From Planctomycetota bacterium (GTDB lineage: Bacteria; Planctomycetota; Phycisphaerae; UBA1845): 64,000 nucleotides of DNA. Numbering within the stretch: position 1 is the stretch's first letter; each line of letters starts with the position of its first letter. Below, piece after piece: positions 9,962 to 18,959 of this stretch. Under the pieces are notes generated by a model, which was not told the origin of the DNA, made no database searches, and worked only from the letters and a program-made list of their open reading frames with translations. Made by a program: the position numbers and the translations under genes. Location of the stretch: NCBI GenBank assembly GCA_024275565.1, contig JAJRYY010000127.1, positions 124-64,123 on the forward strand, given 5' to 3'.

Positions 9962-11014
9962 ATGACACATATTGGCATTGTCATCCCGGTGTGTAATGAA
10001 GAGGCTTGTCTTCCGGAGTTGCGTTTGCGTCTGGGATCCGTTCTGGAGCAGCTTGGTGGGCGGTATGATGTTTATTTTGTGGATGATGCGAGTACCGATC
10101 GTACGCGTGGTCTGATTGAGGAATACTCGGCTGAGGATGAGCGTTGGCATGGCATATTTCTTGCGCGTAATTTTGGGCATCAGGCTGCTGTGACAGCCGG
10201 TCTGGAGGTTGCGTGTGGTGATGCGATTGTGGTGATGGATGGTGATTTGCAGGACGAGCCAGAATCGATTCCAGAGCTGATGCGTATGTGGGACGAAGGT
10301 TACGATACTGTGTATGCGATACGATACAATCGCAAAGAGGGTTTTGTGCGGCGATTATCCTATTGGTTGTTCTATCGCATTCTCCATAGGCTTAGTGGTG
10401 GGAGTATTCCCGACGACGCTGGTGATTTTTGCGTGATGGGTCGTCGTGTTGTGGATTGTCTGAACCAGCTTCCTGAGCGGAATCGATTCGTTCGCGGTCT
10501 TCGGGCCTGGGTTGGATTCAGGCAGACTGGTGTACCCATTGCGCGTGGGGCGCGGGCGTATGGTGAGCCGAAGTATACCTTTGCCAAGTTGATGCGGCTT
10601 GCGATGGACGGAATCCTCGATTTTTCATGGGCACCGCTTCGGATTGCAACAGGTGTTGGATTTCTGTCTGTCCTCACGAGTGTTATGTATCTTCTGGTTG
10701 TGCTTGGGATGCGGTTGTTCGGGCATATTGATGTTGCGGGTTGGACGACGGTTGTCTTTCTGGTCATTTGCTTTGGTGGGATGAACCTGATGGGGCTTGG
10801 TATTATCGGGGAATATATTGGGCGAACCTATGCTGAGGTGAAGCATCGTCCGACCTACATCATTGCCTCCGCCACACCTGGCGTTGGTGGGAGTATGCAA
10901 GGTACAGGCGTGGCTGGCTGGAGTACGGATAAGATGTTTCACGCGATAGCCGATGGTGCGGTTCCGTCGCATCAACAGGCCATGGAGGAACGGGCCATCG
11001 TGCCTGACAGCTAA
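9962..11014 (+). CDS. GT2 polyprenol-phosphate glycosyltransferase (ArnC/GtrB/DPM1-like)
   Basis: IVIPVCNEE, FVDDASTDRT and the DGDLQDEP (DxD) motif, plus two C-terminal TM helices. GGAGG lies 4 nt upstream of ATG 9962; the ORF is open from 9908. Confidence 0.85.
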   Translation: MTHIGIVIPVCNEEACLPELRLRLGSVLEQLGGRYDVYFVDDASTDRTRGLIEEYSAEDERWHGIFLARNFGHQAAVTAGLEVACGDAIVVMDGDLQDEPESIPELMRMWDEGYDTVYAIRYNRKEGFVRRLSYWLFYRILHRLSGGSIPDDAGDFCVMGRRVVDCLNQLPERNRFVRGLRAWVGFRQTGVPIARGARAYGEPKYTFAKLMRLAMDGILDFSWAPLRIATGVGFLSVLTSVMYLLVVLGMRLFGHIDVAGWTTVVFLVICFGGMNLMGLGIIGEYIGRTYAEVKHRPTYIIASATPGVGGSMQGTGVAGWSTDKMFHAIADGAVPSHQQAMEERAIVPDS

Positions 11015-11017
11015 ACC

Positions 11018-11752
11018 GTGCAGATTTCCTATCAAATTCAAACGTTTGCCCTTGAGCGTGAACATTGGTGGTATCGTGCGCGTCACGCCATCATACTGTC
11101 TGAGTTTGAGCGTGTGTTCGGTGGTCGAAGGGATTTGCGCATTCTTGAGGTTGGTTGCGGGGCTGGGACACTTCTGTCGGCTTTGCGTTCGTTTGGTGAT
11201 GCGGTTGGCGTGGATTCCTGCCCGGATGCTGTTCGCGAGGCCAGGCAACGTGCTTGTTGTCCTGTTTATCTTGGACGATTTCCGGACACTTTTCCTGCAA
11301 AACTTGGCAGCTTCGATGCCATCTGTCTGTTCGATGTTATTGAGCATCTTGACGACGATGTGGCGGCGCTCCGATGTGTTCGTTCTCTGTTGAAGCCAGG
11401 TGGTAAGGTTGTCATCACTGTTCCCGCGCTGCCCTGGTTGTTTGGCGTGCATGATGAAATCAACGAGCACCGTCGGCGTTATTCTGAGACGTTACTCAGA
11501 GGCTGTCTGGCGGAGTCTGGTTTTTCCAGCGTGCATTCGTCGTACTTCAATACCCTGCTGAGTCCGTTGCTTATTCCAGCGATCGCGTGGCGTAACGTTC
11601 GCCATGTGGGGCATCACTTTGAGTTAAAATCGAGACTGTCGCCTGTTCTTGAGTGCATATTCAAGGCTGAGCGGCATCTGATGCGGCGAGGACGTCTCCC
11701 GTTTGGTCTTTCTTTGTTTGCCGTTGGTGGTATTGGTACTGCAGGAGTATAA
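11018..11752 (+). CDS. Class I SAM-dependent methyltransferase
   Basis: ILEVGCGAGTLL motif I and LFDVIEHLDDD. GTG start 4 nt after the GT2 stop. Confidence 0.85.
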   Translation: MQISYQIQTFALEREHWWYRARHAIILSEFERVFGGRRDLRILEVGCGAGTLLSALRSFGDAVGVDSCPDAVREARQRACCPVYLGRFPDTFPAKLGSFDAICLFDVIEHLDDDVAALRCVRSLLKPGGKVVITVPALPWLFGVHDEINEHRRRYSETLLRGCLAESGFSSVHSSYFNTLLSPLLIPAIAWRNVRHVGHHFELKSRLSPVLECIFKAERHLMRRGRLPFGLSLFAVGGIGTAGV

Positions 11753-11757
11753 GGGCC

Positions 11758-13752
11758 GTGGTTGTGGGCGAAATTTTCTCATCCGGGCAACATACGATCA
11801 GTCTGGTTGTGGTGATGGGTGTGTGGGTCTACGGGTTGTTCTGGGGGCGACGATTGGCCTGGCGGCTTGGAGTTTTCGAAACCGCAGACGGGTGGGTGAT
11901 TGGGTATACGCTCGCGACGGGGTGCCTGCTTGCGGCGTTTCAGATGATTGGTTTCGCCTGGCTGATCACTGGCGATGCCTGGGTGCGACCGCACTACCTT
12001 GCGAGCGTGTATGTGCTTACGCTGACTGTTGTGCTGCTGGTGCTTGGTACCGGTATCAGTCCGAAGCGACATGTCGTCGCTCATGCGGACGGTCGTACGC
12101 GTGTTCTGTGGTTGTGGTTTCCCATGCTGGTGGTGTTCGGGGCGTACTGTGTGTTTCTCGCAGATGCGGTGTTTCGCCCGCCGACCGGCTGGGATGGTTT
12201 GCACTACCACCTTCCGATGACGGTTCGTTGGCTTCAGACAAGAAACGCTGGTCTGAACCATGGCGAGATTACGCAAAATTTCCCCGGTAATGGTATGGTC
12301 TTCGCATTCGTGCTCCTCGGTGCCGGGTTGGAGCGCGTTGTTAGTATTGCGATGGTCCCACAGGCGTTTCTGACGGCTGTCGTTGTGTATGCAATTGCGG
12401 GACGCCTGGGCATGCGCCAAGTGGGTCGCACCATCGCTGCCTGTATGGCGTTGAGTCTGCCGATGGTGATGTTTCAGGCCTTCTCGACCTATGTTGACCT
12501 TTTTGCGACCAATGCCTGGTTGTGTGCCCTGCTGGCGATCATGTGGTCGTCGGAAATCGAGCGTGCGGTATCGCGGCGTCGGCTGATGTTCATCGGTGGT
12601 TTGGCTTGCGGGATCGCGCTTGGCAGCAAGCTGACCTTCATTCCAGCGACGTTCATGCTGCTGGTCATTGTTGCGATACTGCCTTTGATGTTTCGTCGAC
12701 CGGAGATGTGTTCTCGTTCAGGACCTGGTGCGACGGTTCAATCTCTTGCCATATTCGTCACAGCCATCGCACTATGCAGTTCATTCTGGTACGTCCGAAA
12801 CGCAGTTCTCACGGGCAACCCGGTTTATCCGATGGCGGTGAATGTCGGAAATGTGGCATTGTTCGATGGCGTGGACGCGAGCGTTTATTTCCCCGAACGC
12901 CCTATCCTGACGCAGATTCGACGATGGTGGGCATATCCTTGGCATGAGCATCGCTCCGTTGGATACCATTACGGTGTGGGGGATGGTCTGGGGGCGACAT
13001 TTGCGACATTTGTACCACTCGGCGTACTCGCATGTGTCACCCTGCCCGCGTTCTGGAATGCTCGGCGAGGTTCCCGCCGATGGCGACTTGTGGTTCTTGC
13101 GCTCGCTGGTACGGGGCCACTTCTGTTTGCGACCCTTTGTCATCAGACGTTTCGATTCATCCTCCCAATGATTCTTCTATCCACAATACTCGCAGCCTGG
13201 TTCGTCGAGCGCGTTGCATACCGTTACCCACGTTGGCTGGGTGTTGCGTTGACAACGTCATTGAGTGTTACCGGAATCGTCGCGACTCTCATGCCAGCCA
13301 AAAACATGCTGGGCCGGTTCAAGGATTCGGTACAGGATCGGTCAACCTTCTATGAAATTCCGTCCATGGTGGACACGCTCCCGACAGGATCGATTATCCT
13401 GAATCTGGACGCGCATACGAAGAACTATGCGCTGTCCGGAATTTTAAGGACCAACCAGGTCGTTGGACCGTCCGCGTGGGAGCAGAAACTGGCGTCTCAA
13501 TCTGATCCTTCTCGAGAGTCCAGACACCTGGACGCTGTGGCAGACTTTGCACCGGACTACATCTTTGTTTCCGGCCTGGAAGATCCTGCATGGTTGACGA
13601 GGAGTGGGTTTGAGAAGGTCTATGACAGCACAGGCGACACTGGACCAGTCTTCGGTCAACCGCGCAGGTTGTTCAGGGTGAGGGAGCTTGCATTGACCCG
13701 CTCACCTTCAGACCGGTCAACCCTTACCTCAGAACAACAAGATCAACAGTGA
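11758..13752 (+). CDS. Polytopic membrane protein, ArnT/PMT (GT-C, GT39-like) putative glycosyltransferase
   Basis: About 12 TM helices plus a C-terminal soluble domain. It sits immediately downstream of the ArnC-like GT2 and a methyltransferase, the classical polyprenyl-P-sugar donor/acceptor pairing. Family assignment is by architecture. Confidence 0.6.
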   Translation: MVVGEIFSSGQHTISLVVVMGVWVYGLFWGRRLAWRLGVFETADGWVIGYTLATGCLLAAFQMIGFAWLITGDAWVRPHYLASVYVLTLTVVLLVLGTGISPKRHVVAHADGRTRVLWLWFPMLVVFGAYCVFLADAVFRPPTGWDGLHYHLPMTVRWLQTRNAGLNHGEITQNFPGNGMVFAFVLLGAGLERVVSIAMVPQAFLTAVVVYAIAGRLGMRQVGRTIAACMALSLPMVMFQAFSTYVDLFATNAWLCALLAIMWSSEIERAVSRRRLMFIGGLACGIALGSKLTFIPATFMLLVIVAILPLMFRRPEMCSRSGPGATVQSLAIFVTAIALCSSFWYVRNAVLTGNPVYPMAVNVGNVALFDGVDASVYFPERPILTQIRRWWAYPWHEHRSVGYHYGVGDGLGATFATFVPLGVLACVTLPAFWNARRGSRRWRLVVLALAGTGPLLFATLCHQTFRFILPMILLSTILAAWFVERVAYRYPRWLGVALTTSLSVTGIVATLMPAKNMLGRFKDSVQDRSTFYEIPSMVDTLPTGSIILNLDAHTKNYALSGILRTNQVVGPSAWEQKLASQSDPSRESRHLDAVADFAPDYIFVSGLEDPAWLTRSGFEKVYDSTGDTGPVFGQPRRLFRVRELALTRSPSDRSTLTSEQQDQQ

Positions 13753-13768
13753 TGAACCGTTACACGTT

Positions 13769-13829
13769 GAAAGCACACGATGGAAGCACACGATGGAAGC
13801 ACGCGATGGAAGCACGCGATGGAAGCGAT
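13769..13829. repeat. 13-bp tandem repeat, about 4.7 copies
   Basis: Units gaaagcacacgat / ggaagcacacgat / ggaagcacgcgat / ggaagcacgcgat / ggaagcgat between convergent genes. Confidence 0.95.
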
Positions 13830-14506
13830 CAGCAGGCTGCAGACAGGCGGCGTAGCTGATCACGCTGGGTGGTAATGCTCATGCGTCGAACACCCTCTAG
13901 CAGGTCGTTGGGTATGGACTTATCTGCGATGCAGCTCACGCCATATCGGATTTTGCCCCGGTGCAGTTCGCGGACGCTTTGGATGCACACGGTTCCTGTA
14001 TACTCCACTCCATCGTGATTGAGGATTACCTCGACGATGCTTGCAACTTCATGTAGTTTGTTGGATGAGACGGCAAAACCAGTATTGCTGATGTCGAGAA
14101 TCGCGCAATCGCGCTCCTCACCAAAAATTGCGGTTAGCTCGGACATGACGGTCGAAACGCGATAGCACTCCCGGTTTTCCGCCGAAACCACGTCGCCCAG
14201 CGTTTCAAAAGTAAAGGTTCCTGGTGTTTCGGGCGACTCCTCCTGAAGAGCAGACTCCTCCTGAGGAGCATCTGTCACGCGTGCTGCCTGCTTCACAAAA
14301 TCGCGCTTCTGGTTGTAGAAAACGAGAATCTCCTGCTCTGCTTCAACCTCGATATCTGTTTCTTCGAATTCGGCGGTGTATAGACCGTCGCTTACACCGA
14401 CGACTTTGGCAGGGTGGAGGATGCGGCGATCAGACTCGCCCGAAATTTGAAGGAAGAATTCTTTGTCAACACCAAGCATAGCCTCAGCTCCTCTAACATG
14501 GGTCAT
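13829..14506 (-). CDS. PilZ-domain (c-di-GMP binding) protein with N-terminal PilZN-like barrel
   Basis: RxxxR (RECYR) lies 21 aa upstream of DxSxxG (DISNTG). GGAGGA Shine-Dalgarno before the ATG. Confidence 0.75.
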   Translation of the reverse strand: MTHVRGAEAMLGVDKEFFLQISGESDRRILHPAKVVGVSDGLYTAEFEETDIEVEAEQEILVFYNQKRDFVKQAARVTDAPQEESALQEESPETPGTFTFETLGDVVSAENRECYRVSTVMSELTAIFGEERDCAILDISNTGFAVSSNKLHEVASIVEVILNHDGVEYTGTVCIQSVRELHRGKIRYGVSCIADKSIPNDLLEGVRRMSITTQRDQLRRLSAAC

Positions 14507-14829
14507 CTGCGGTCCTCCCCAGGACCACCACTGTGCTTCATCGGCACTCGAAACATGGGAATGAAGCAGAGAGTGGCCCAGGGTGCCGGGGCGACAGTGT
14601 CCACGCAGGACACATCAATTACACGTTAGGTCAGGCAGAATGTGAATGGATATCGCGCAGTCAAGTCCGATAAAACCAGACTCAAACCTTGTCACTCATA
14701 ATCAGACCTTGCCCAGCAACCGGACAAATTCGCTCGCAAATTGTCGAATGGATTCGGATTGCGTCATATAAATGAGCAGGCTGAGGATGTACAGTGCTAA
14801 CCATATTCGGTTGTGTGTGCGCGGAAGTG

Positions 14830-15672
14830 TCACGATCTCACACCATCGTCAGTTTCGACGTTCTCGCCAATGCCTGTCTCTTCGCAGGTTTCAACTGGGA
14901 CGCGTTCGATGTTGTTCGCAGGTGTACCCACCATGACGATGGACTGCCCAAAGGGTGGCGGTATGATGCGTTCCATGGCGTCGATGAACGGTACGAGTCG
15001 GTTGAACACGCGTGCCTTCTCCCGAGACAGTTCCCTGCGTCCGAGGCATCGACTTTCCCACCACCACCCGAAAAATCCGATCGCGTTCAGGTAAAACGAT
15101 CGTTGGACCGCAATACCCGACTGTTCAAAGGCGCGTAACAGTGACCGCTTGTTGTATCGCCGATAATGCCCCAGCGTTTCATCAAGGCCGCCATAAATCC
15201 CCTGATGTGCCGGTACAAGAATCACGATTTTTCCACCGGTTCTGCACAACTTGCGCATCGTCGAAAGAGCATCGATATCATCTTCAATATGCTCCAGAAC
15301 GTTCAGGCACATCACCGTGTCGAAGTGACTGGCGGACAGCTCAGTACATGGCGCATCAGAGAGCAACCGCCCCACGATGCGCACATTGGCATGCGCATCA
15401 AACCGTTCCTGAGCAGCACAACACGACGCGGACGAGGGTTCCACGCCGACGACCTCCGGATGATTCAACAGGAACTGCGTGATGTTTCCGATCCCGCAAC
15501 CGATCTCGCAGACCCGCCCGCAGATGAATGGGCGAATCTTATTGTAAAGCCAATGGTTGTAGTTATACAGGTCGCTCAGTACGTCCAGGCTCTCTCGGAC
15601 CTCTGCGTCTGCACGCACAGGAACGTCTTCAAATACCCCACTGGCTGGTCCTATTTCGATGGCTGTGCTCAT
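14830..15672 (-). CDS. Class I SAM-dependent methyltransferase
   Basis: VCEIGCGIGNITQFL motif I and CLNVLEHIEDD. Confidence 0.85.
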   Translation of the reverse strand: MSTAIEIGPASGVFEDVPVRADAEVRESLDVLSDLYNYNHWLYNKIRPFICGRVCEIGCGIGNITQFLLNHPEVVGVEPSSASCCAAQERFDAHANVRIVGRLLSDAPCTELSASHFDTVMCLNVLEHIEDDIDALSTMRKLCRTGGKIVILVPAHQGIYGGLDETLGHYRRYNKRSLLRAFEQSGIAVQRSFYLNAIGFFGWWWESRCLGRRELSREKARVFNRLVPFIDAMERIIPPPFGQSIVMVGTPANNIERVPVETCEETGIGENVETDDGVRS

Positions 15673-15741
15673 GCACGAATATCGACAAATCGCCAGGTCC
15701 GATGAAGTTTCGCCACGATATATTCCATTGCACCGAGATCA

Positions 15742-16947
15742 CTACGCGGGGGCAGGACTGGATATCTGACGCACCTGCATTCTCCTCTCCGAGCTTCGAT
15801 GCAATGCATTCCGCATCACACTCGAGGTTTCACTCGCTACGGTCGACCATGTGCGAATCGGGAATGCCCGCGCAATGGACAGCCGATGCGGACGCGCATT
15901 CAGCATTCTATTGATTCCGGCCAACAACGCCCGATCGCTTCCCATGGGAATCAGCAAGCCGCTCGTCGGCGACACAATTTCACCATTGCCCCCAACATCC
16001 GTCGCCAGAACAGGCACGCCGCACGCAATCGACTCTCCCAGCGCATTGCACCACCCTTCGTTGCTTGTGGGCAGGACGAATAAATCCGAAGCCTGTAACC
16101 ACGTCGCGATGGTGGTGGGTTCCAAATGCCCTGTGAACGTGACACGATCCTCCAGGCCGAGTTCTTTCACCATCGCGCGAAGTCGTCGCTCGAATCGCCC
16201 CTCAGCTGCCTCGCCCCCTGCCATCACATAGCGCAGCTTCCCATGTTCCTGCAGCAGTTTGGGAAGCACCCTCAGGACGCGATGAAAACCCTTCCGCCTG
16301 CACAAGTGACCGACGGTGATGAGGATCGTCTCATCGCGTGGAAGATTCAGGGCTTGGCGGGCAGCACTCTGATCGCCATACCGAAACACTTCGCTGTCAA
16401 TACCATTCGGAATCACGTGGACCCGGTCCGCCGGCACGCCAAGTCGAACAGCGTCTTCTTTCAGAGCAGATGACACTGCAATCACACCACTCGCCCCCTG
16501 AAGTGAACTCACGATGGATCGACGCTTCCAGAAATTCTGACAGTATCGGTTCAAAACGCCGCGAAGCGTCACTGTATAGGGTATGCCCAGCGCCCCAGCC
16601 ACCCGCGCAGCAGCCACACCGTCAGGCCAGCTGAAGTGTGCGTCAATGATGTCAACCTGGTCACGCTGCTTGAAGTCCCGGACCAGTGGCATGACCGAGC
16701 GAGCATATAAATATGGGTTAAGTGGTTTGCCAAACTTCGGTAGATAGGGCATCACCACCCGCCAGACCGGTGGCGGACCCTCAAGCTTCTTCACCCCGCG
16801 ACGCCCCAACCAGAACGGTGTTGGAATCGGATGTACCATGCGCACATGATTCGACTGGGCGAGCGATTGCAACCGCGATCGAACGAACAATCCGGCGTAC
16901 GGAGCTTCCTCAGAAGGATAACATAAACTCATGCTCACAATGTTCAC
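15742..16947 (-). CDS. Glycosyltransferase family 4 (GT-B)
   Basis: C-terminal EGWCNALGESIACGVPVLATDVGGNGEIV (E-x7-E region). GTG start overlaps the asnB stop (GTGA). Confidence 0.9.
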   Translation of the reverse strand: MNIVSMSLCYPSEEAPYAGLFVRSRLQSLAQSNHVRMVHPIPTPFWLGRRGVKKLEGPPPVWRVVMPYLPKFGKPLNPYLYARSVMPLVRDFKQRDQVDIIDAHFSWPDGVAAARVAGALGIPYTVTLRGVLNRYCQNFWKRRSIVSSLQGASGVIAVSSALKEDAVRLGVPADRVHVIPNGIDSEVFRYGDQSAARQALNLPRDETILITVGHLCRRKGFHRVLRVLPKLLQEHGKLRYVMAGGEAAEGRFERRLRAMVKELGLEDRVTFTGHLEPTTIATWLQASDLFVLPTSNEGWCNALGESIACGVPVLATDVGGNGEIVSPTSGLLIPMGSDRALLAGINRMLNARPHRLSIARAFPIRTWSTVASETSSVMRNALHRSSERRMQVRQISSPAPA

Positions 16948-18959
16948 GATACCGTCTCCACAGCTTCGACAGCTACCACAGCTTCCTCAGTTTCCAGCTT
17001 TAATTTCCCGGTGAAACCAGATTGGCTTGATCCCGACGCCAGGCCGCCCGTTGCAGGGATGTGTCGTCGCAACCACAGCTCCAGCATCAGCATCGCCCAG
17101 AGGCGCGCACCCAGTCGACTCCCTTTCGATGCTACAAACGTCCGCCAGCATCGTCCCACCGCATCCGCTCCAAGCCACTCATAAATCCGTGCGTCGGGAG
17201 AAAGCAGAATATCCTGCACCATCTCCCGCAGCGGTCCACGAAACCATTCGTCCATGGGTGCTTCAAAGCCCTTTTTACGCCCAGATGACACTTGCTCGCC
17301 AAGCTGACTACGAATCGCTTCCCGCAGGATATACTTGCCCCGCCCACCGCGAATCTTCAAGGATGCAGGCAGGACCGCCATGGACTGTACCCAGTGTGTG
17401 TCAAGCAGTGGCACGCGTACCTCAAGACCATGCGCCATCGATGCCCGGTCCACTTTGCACAAGACCCCATCCGCCAGCCACGTCTTCATGTCCACATATT
17501 GACCCCGTCCCAGCGGATTCTGTGCATCACATGCCGCGAAATGCTGACGCAACACGTTGTAAGGATCATGATCCCCGAGACGCTCGACTGTCTCAGGGCG
17601 AAGCAGTGAAACCGTGTCCCAGGGGTGATACCACGCCATCCCCAGATAGTGTGCGAAATCATCATCAGCGGACAGGCCATCCAGTGCAGCAGACAACCGC
17701 TTCAGCCCACTACTCCACGGTTGCGACGCTCCACCCAGTTCTCTCAATCTCCGCAATCCATCAATGCGACCGAATCGCTGCAACACGTTCGTGACACTTC
17801 TCTGCCGATGTCGACGGATGTACCGGGTGTATCCCCCGAATAATTCGTCACCCCCATCCCCAGACAACACCGTTTTAACCATCCCCGATGCAAGACCACT
17901 CACCGCGTGTGTCGCGATGGACGACGGATCTGCAAACGGCTCATCAAATACCTCCGAAATCGTCTCGACCACATGCGTCGCTTCCGGGCGAACCATGCAC
18001 GCGTGATGGTGAACGCCAAGACGGTCAGCCAAAGCGCCCGCTTCAATCCGTTCGTCAAATTCCGGATCATCAAATCCAGCAGTAAACGAATCAAAACCCG
18101 CCCCATGGACCTGCACCATATTCCAGACGATTGCGCCTGAATCCAGTCCGCCGCTTAGAAATGCACCCACAGGAACGTCCGATACAAGGTGTGTCCGCAC
18201 CGTTTCGGAAAGACCATCGCGAATCCGCCTGCACCACGCCTCCTCGGAACGCTGCGATTCTTCAGCAAACGATACATCCCAGTAGGTCGTTCGTGACGTA
18301 CCCTCCGCCGATATCACAACACGCTCCCCCGGCGACAATTGACAGACATCCCGCAAGATTGTCCGTGGCGATGGCACATAGTGATACGTCAGATATTCAT
18401 GCAGGGCAGCCTCATCCACCCGTCGTGGAATCTCACGATGCTCGATCACAGCATCAAGCCGCGATGCGAAAACCACCCCTTCAGTTGCACAGGATCCGAG
18501 ACCGATTGACCCAAAATACAACGGCTTAACGCCAATCGCATCACGCACCAGAAGGAGACGCCGCCGCCGATTGTCCCATAAGGCGAACGCGAACATCCCA
18601 CGCAGCTTTTCCACGAAACAGTCGCCATACGCCTCATATAGATGCACGAGCACTTCCGCATCACTTCCAGTCTGAAATCGATGCCCGCCAGCCTCCAGCT
18701 CCTCACGCAGCACGCGATGGTTGTAGATTTCGCAGTTGGCTGTCACCCATATCGATCCATCTTCATTGCCAATAGGCTGATGCCCACCCGCCGGATCGAT
18801 GATTGCAAGTCGCCGATGCCCAAGTACTGCGATACCGTCGTCATGCACACCCTCACCGTCGGGACCGCGATGCGACACCCGCACCAAACCACGCGAAGCA
18901 GCCAGCCGATCCTCGTCCTGCAAACCGCCGAAGCGTACTACGCCAGCGATGCCGCACAT
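16944..18959 (-). CDS. asnB: Asparagine synthase (glutamine-hydrolysing) family amidotransferase, glycan-locus paralogue
   Basis: N-terminal MCGIAG nucleophile motif; the start is placed so Cys is residue 2. SGGLDS PP-loop motif. Confidence 0.9.
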   Translation of the reverse strand: MCGIAGVVRFGGLQDEDRLAASRGLVRVSHRGPDGEGVHDDGIAVLGHRRLAIIDPAGGHQPIGNEDGSIWVTANCEIYNHRVLREELEAGGHRFQTGSDAEVLVHLYEAYGDCFVEKLRGMFAFALWDNRRRRLLLVRDAIGVKPLYFGSIGLGSCATEGVVFASRLDAVIEHREIPRRVDEAALHEYLTYHYVPSPRTILRDVCQLSPGERVVISAEGTSRTTYWDVSFAEESQRSEEAWCRRIRDGLSETVRTHLVSDVPVGAFLSGGLDSGAIVWNMVQVHGAGFDSFTAGFDDPEFDERIEAGALADRLGVHHHACMVRPEATHVVETISEVFDEPFADPSSIATHAVSGLASGMVKTVLSGDGGDELFGGYTRYIRRHRQRSVTNVLQRFGRIDGLRRLRELGGASQPWSSGLKRLSAALDGLSADDDFAHYLGMAWYHPWDTVSLLRPETVERLGDHDPYNVLRQHFAACDAQNPLGRGQYVDMKTWLADGVLCKVDRASMAHGLEVRVPLLDTHWVQSMAVLPASLKIRGGRGKYILREAIRSQLGEQVSSGRKKGFEAPMDEWFRGPLREMVQDILLSPDARIYEWLGADAVGRCWRTFVASKGSRLGARLWAMLMLELWLRRHIPATGGLASGSSQSGFTGKLKLETEEAVVAVEAVETVS

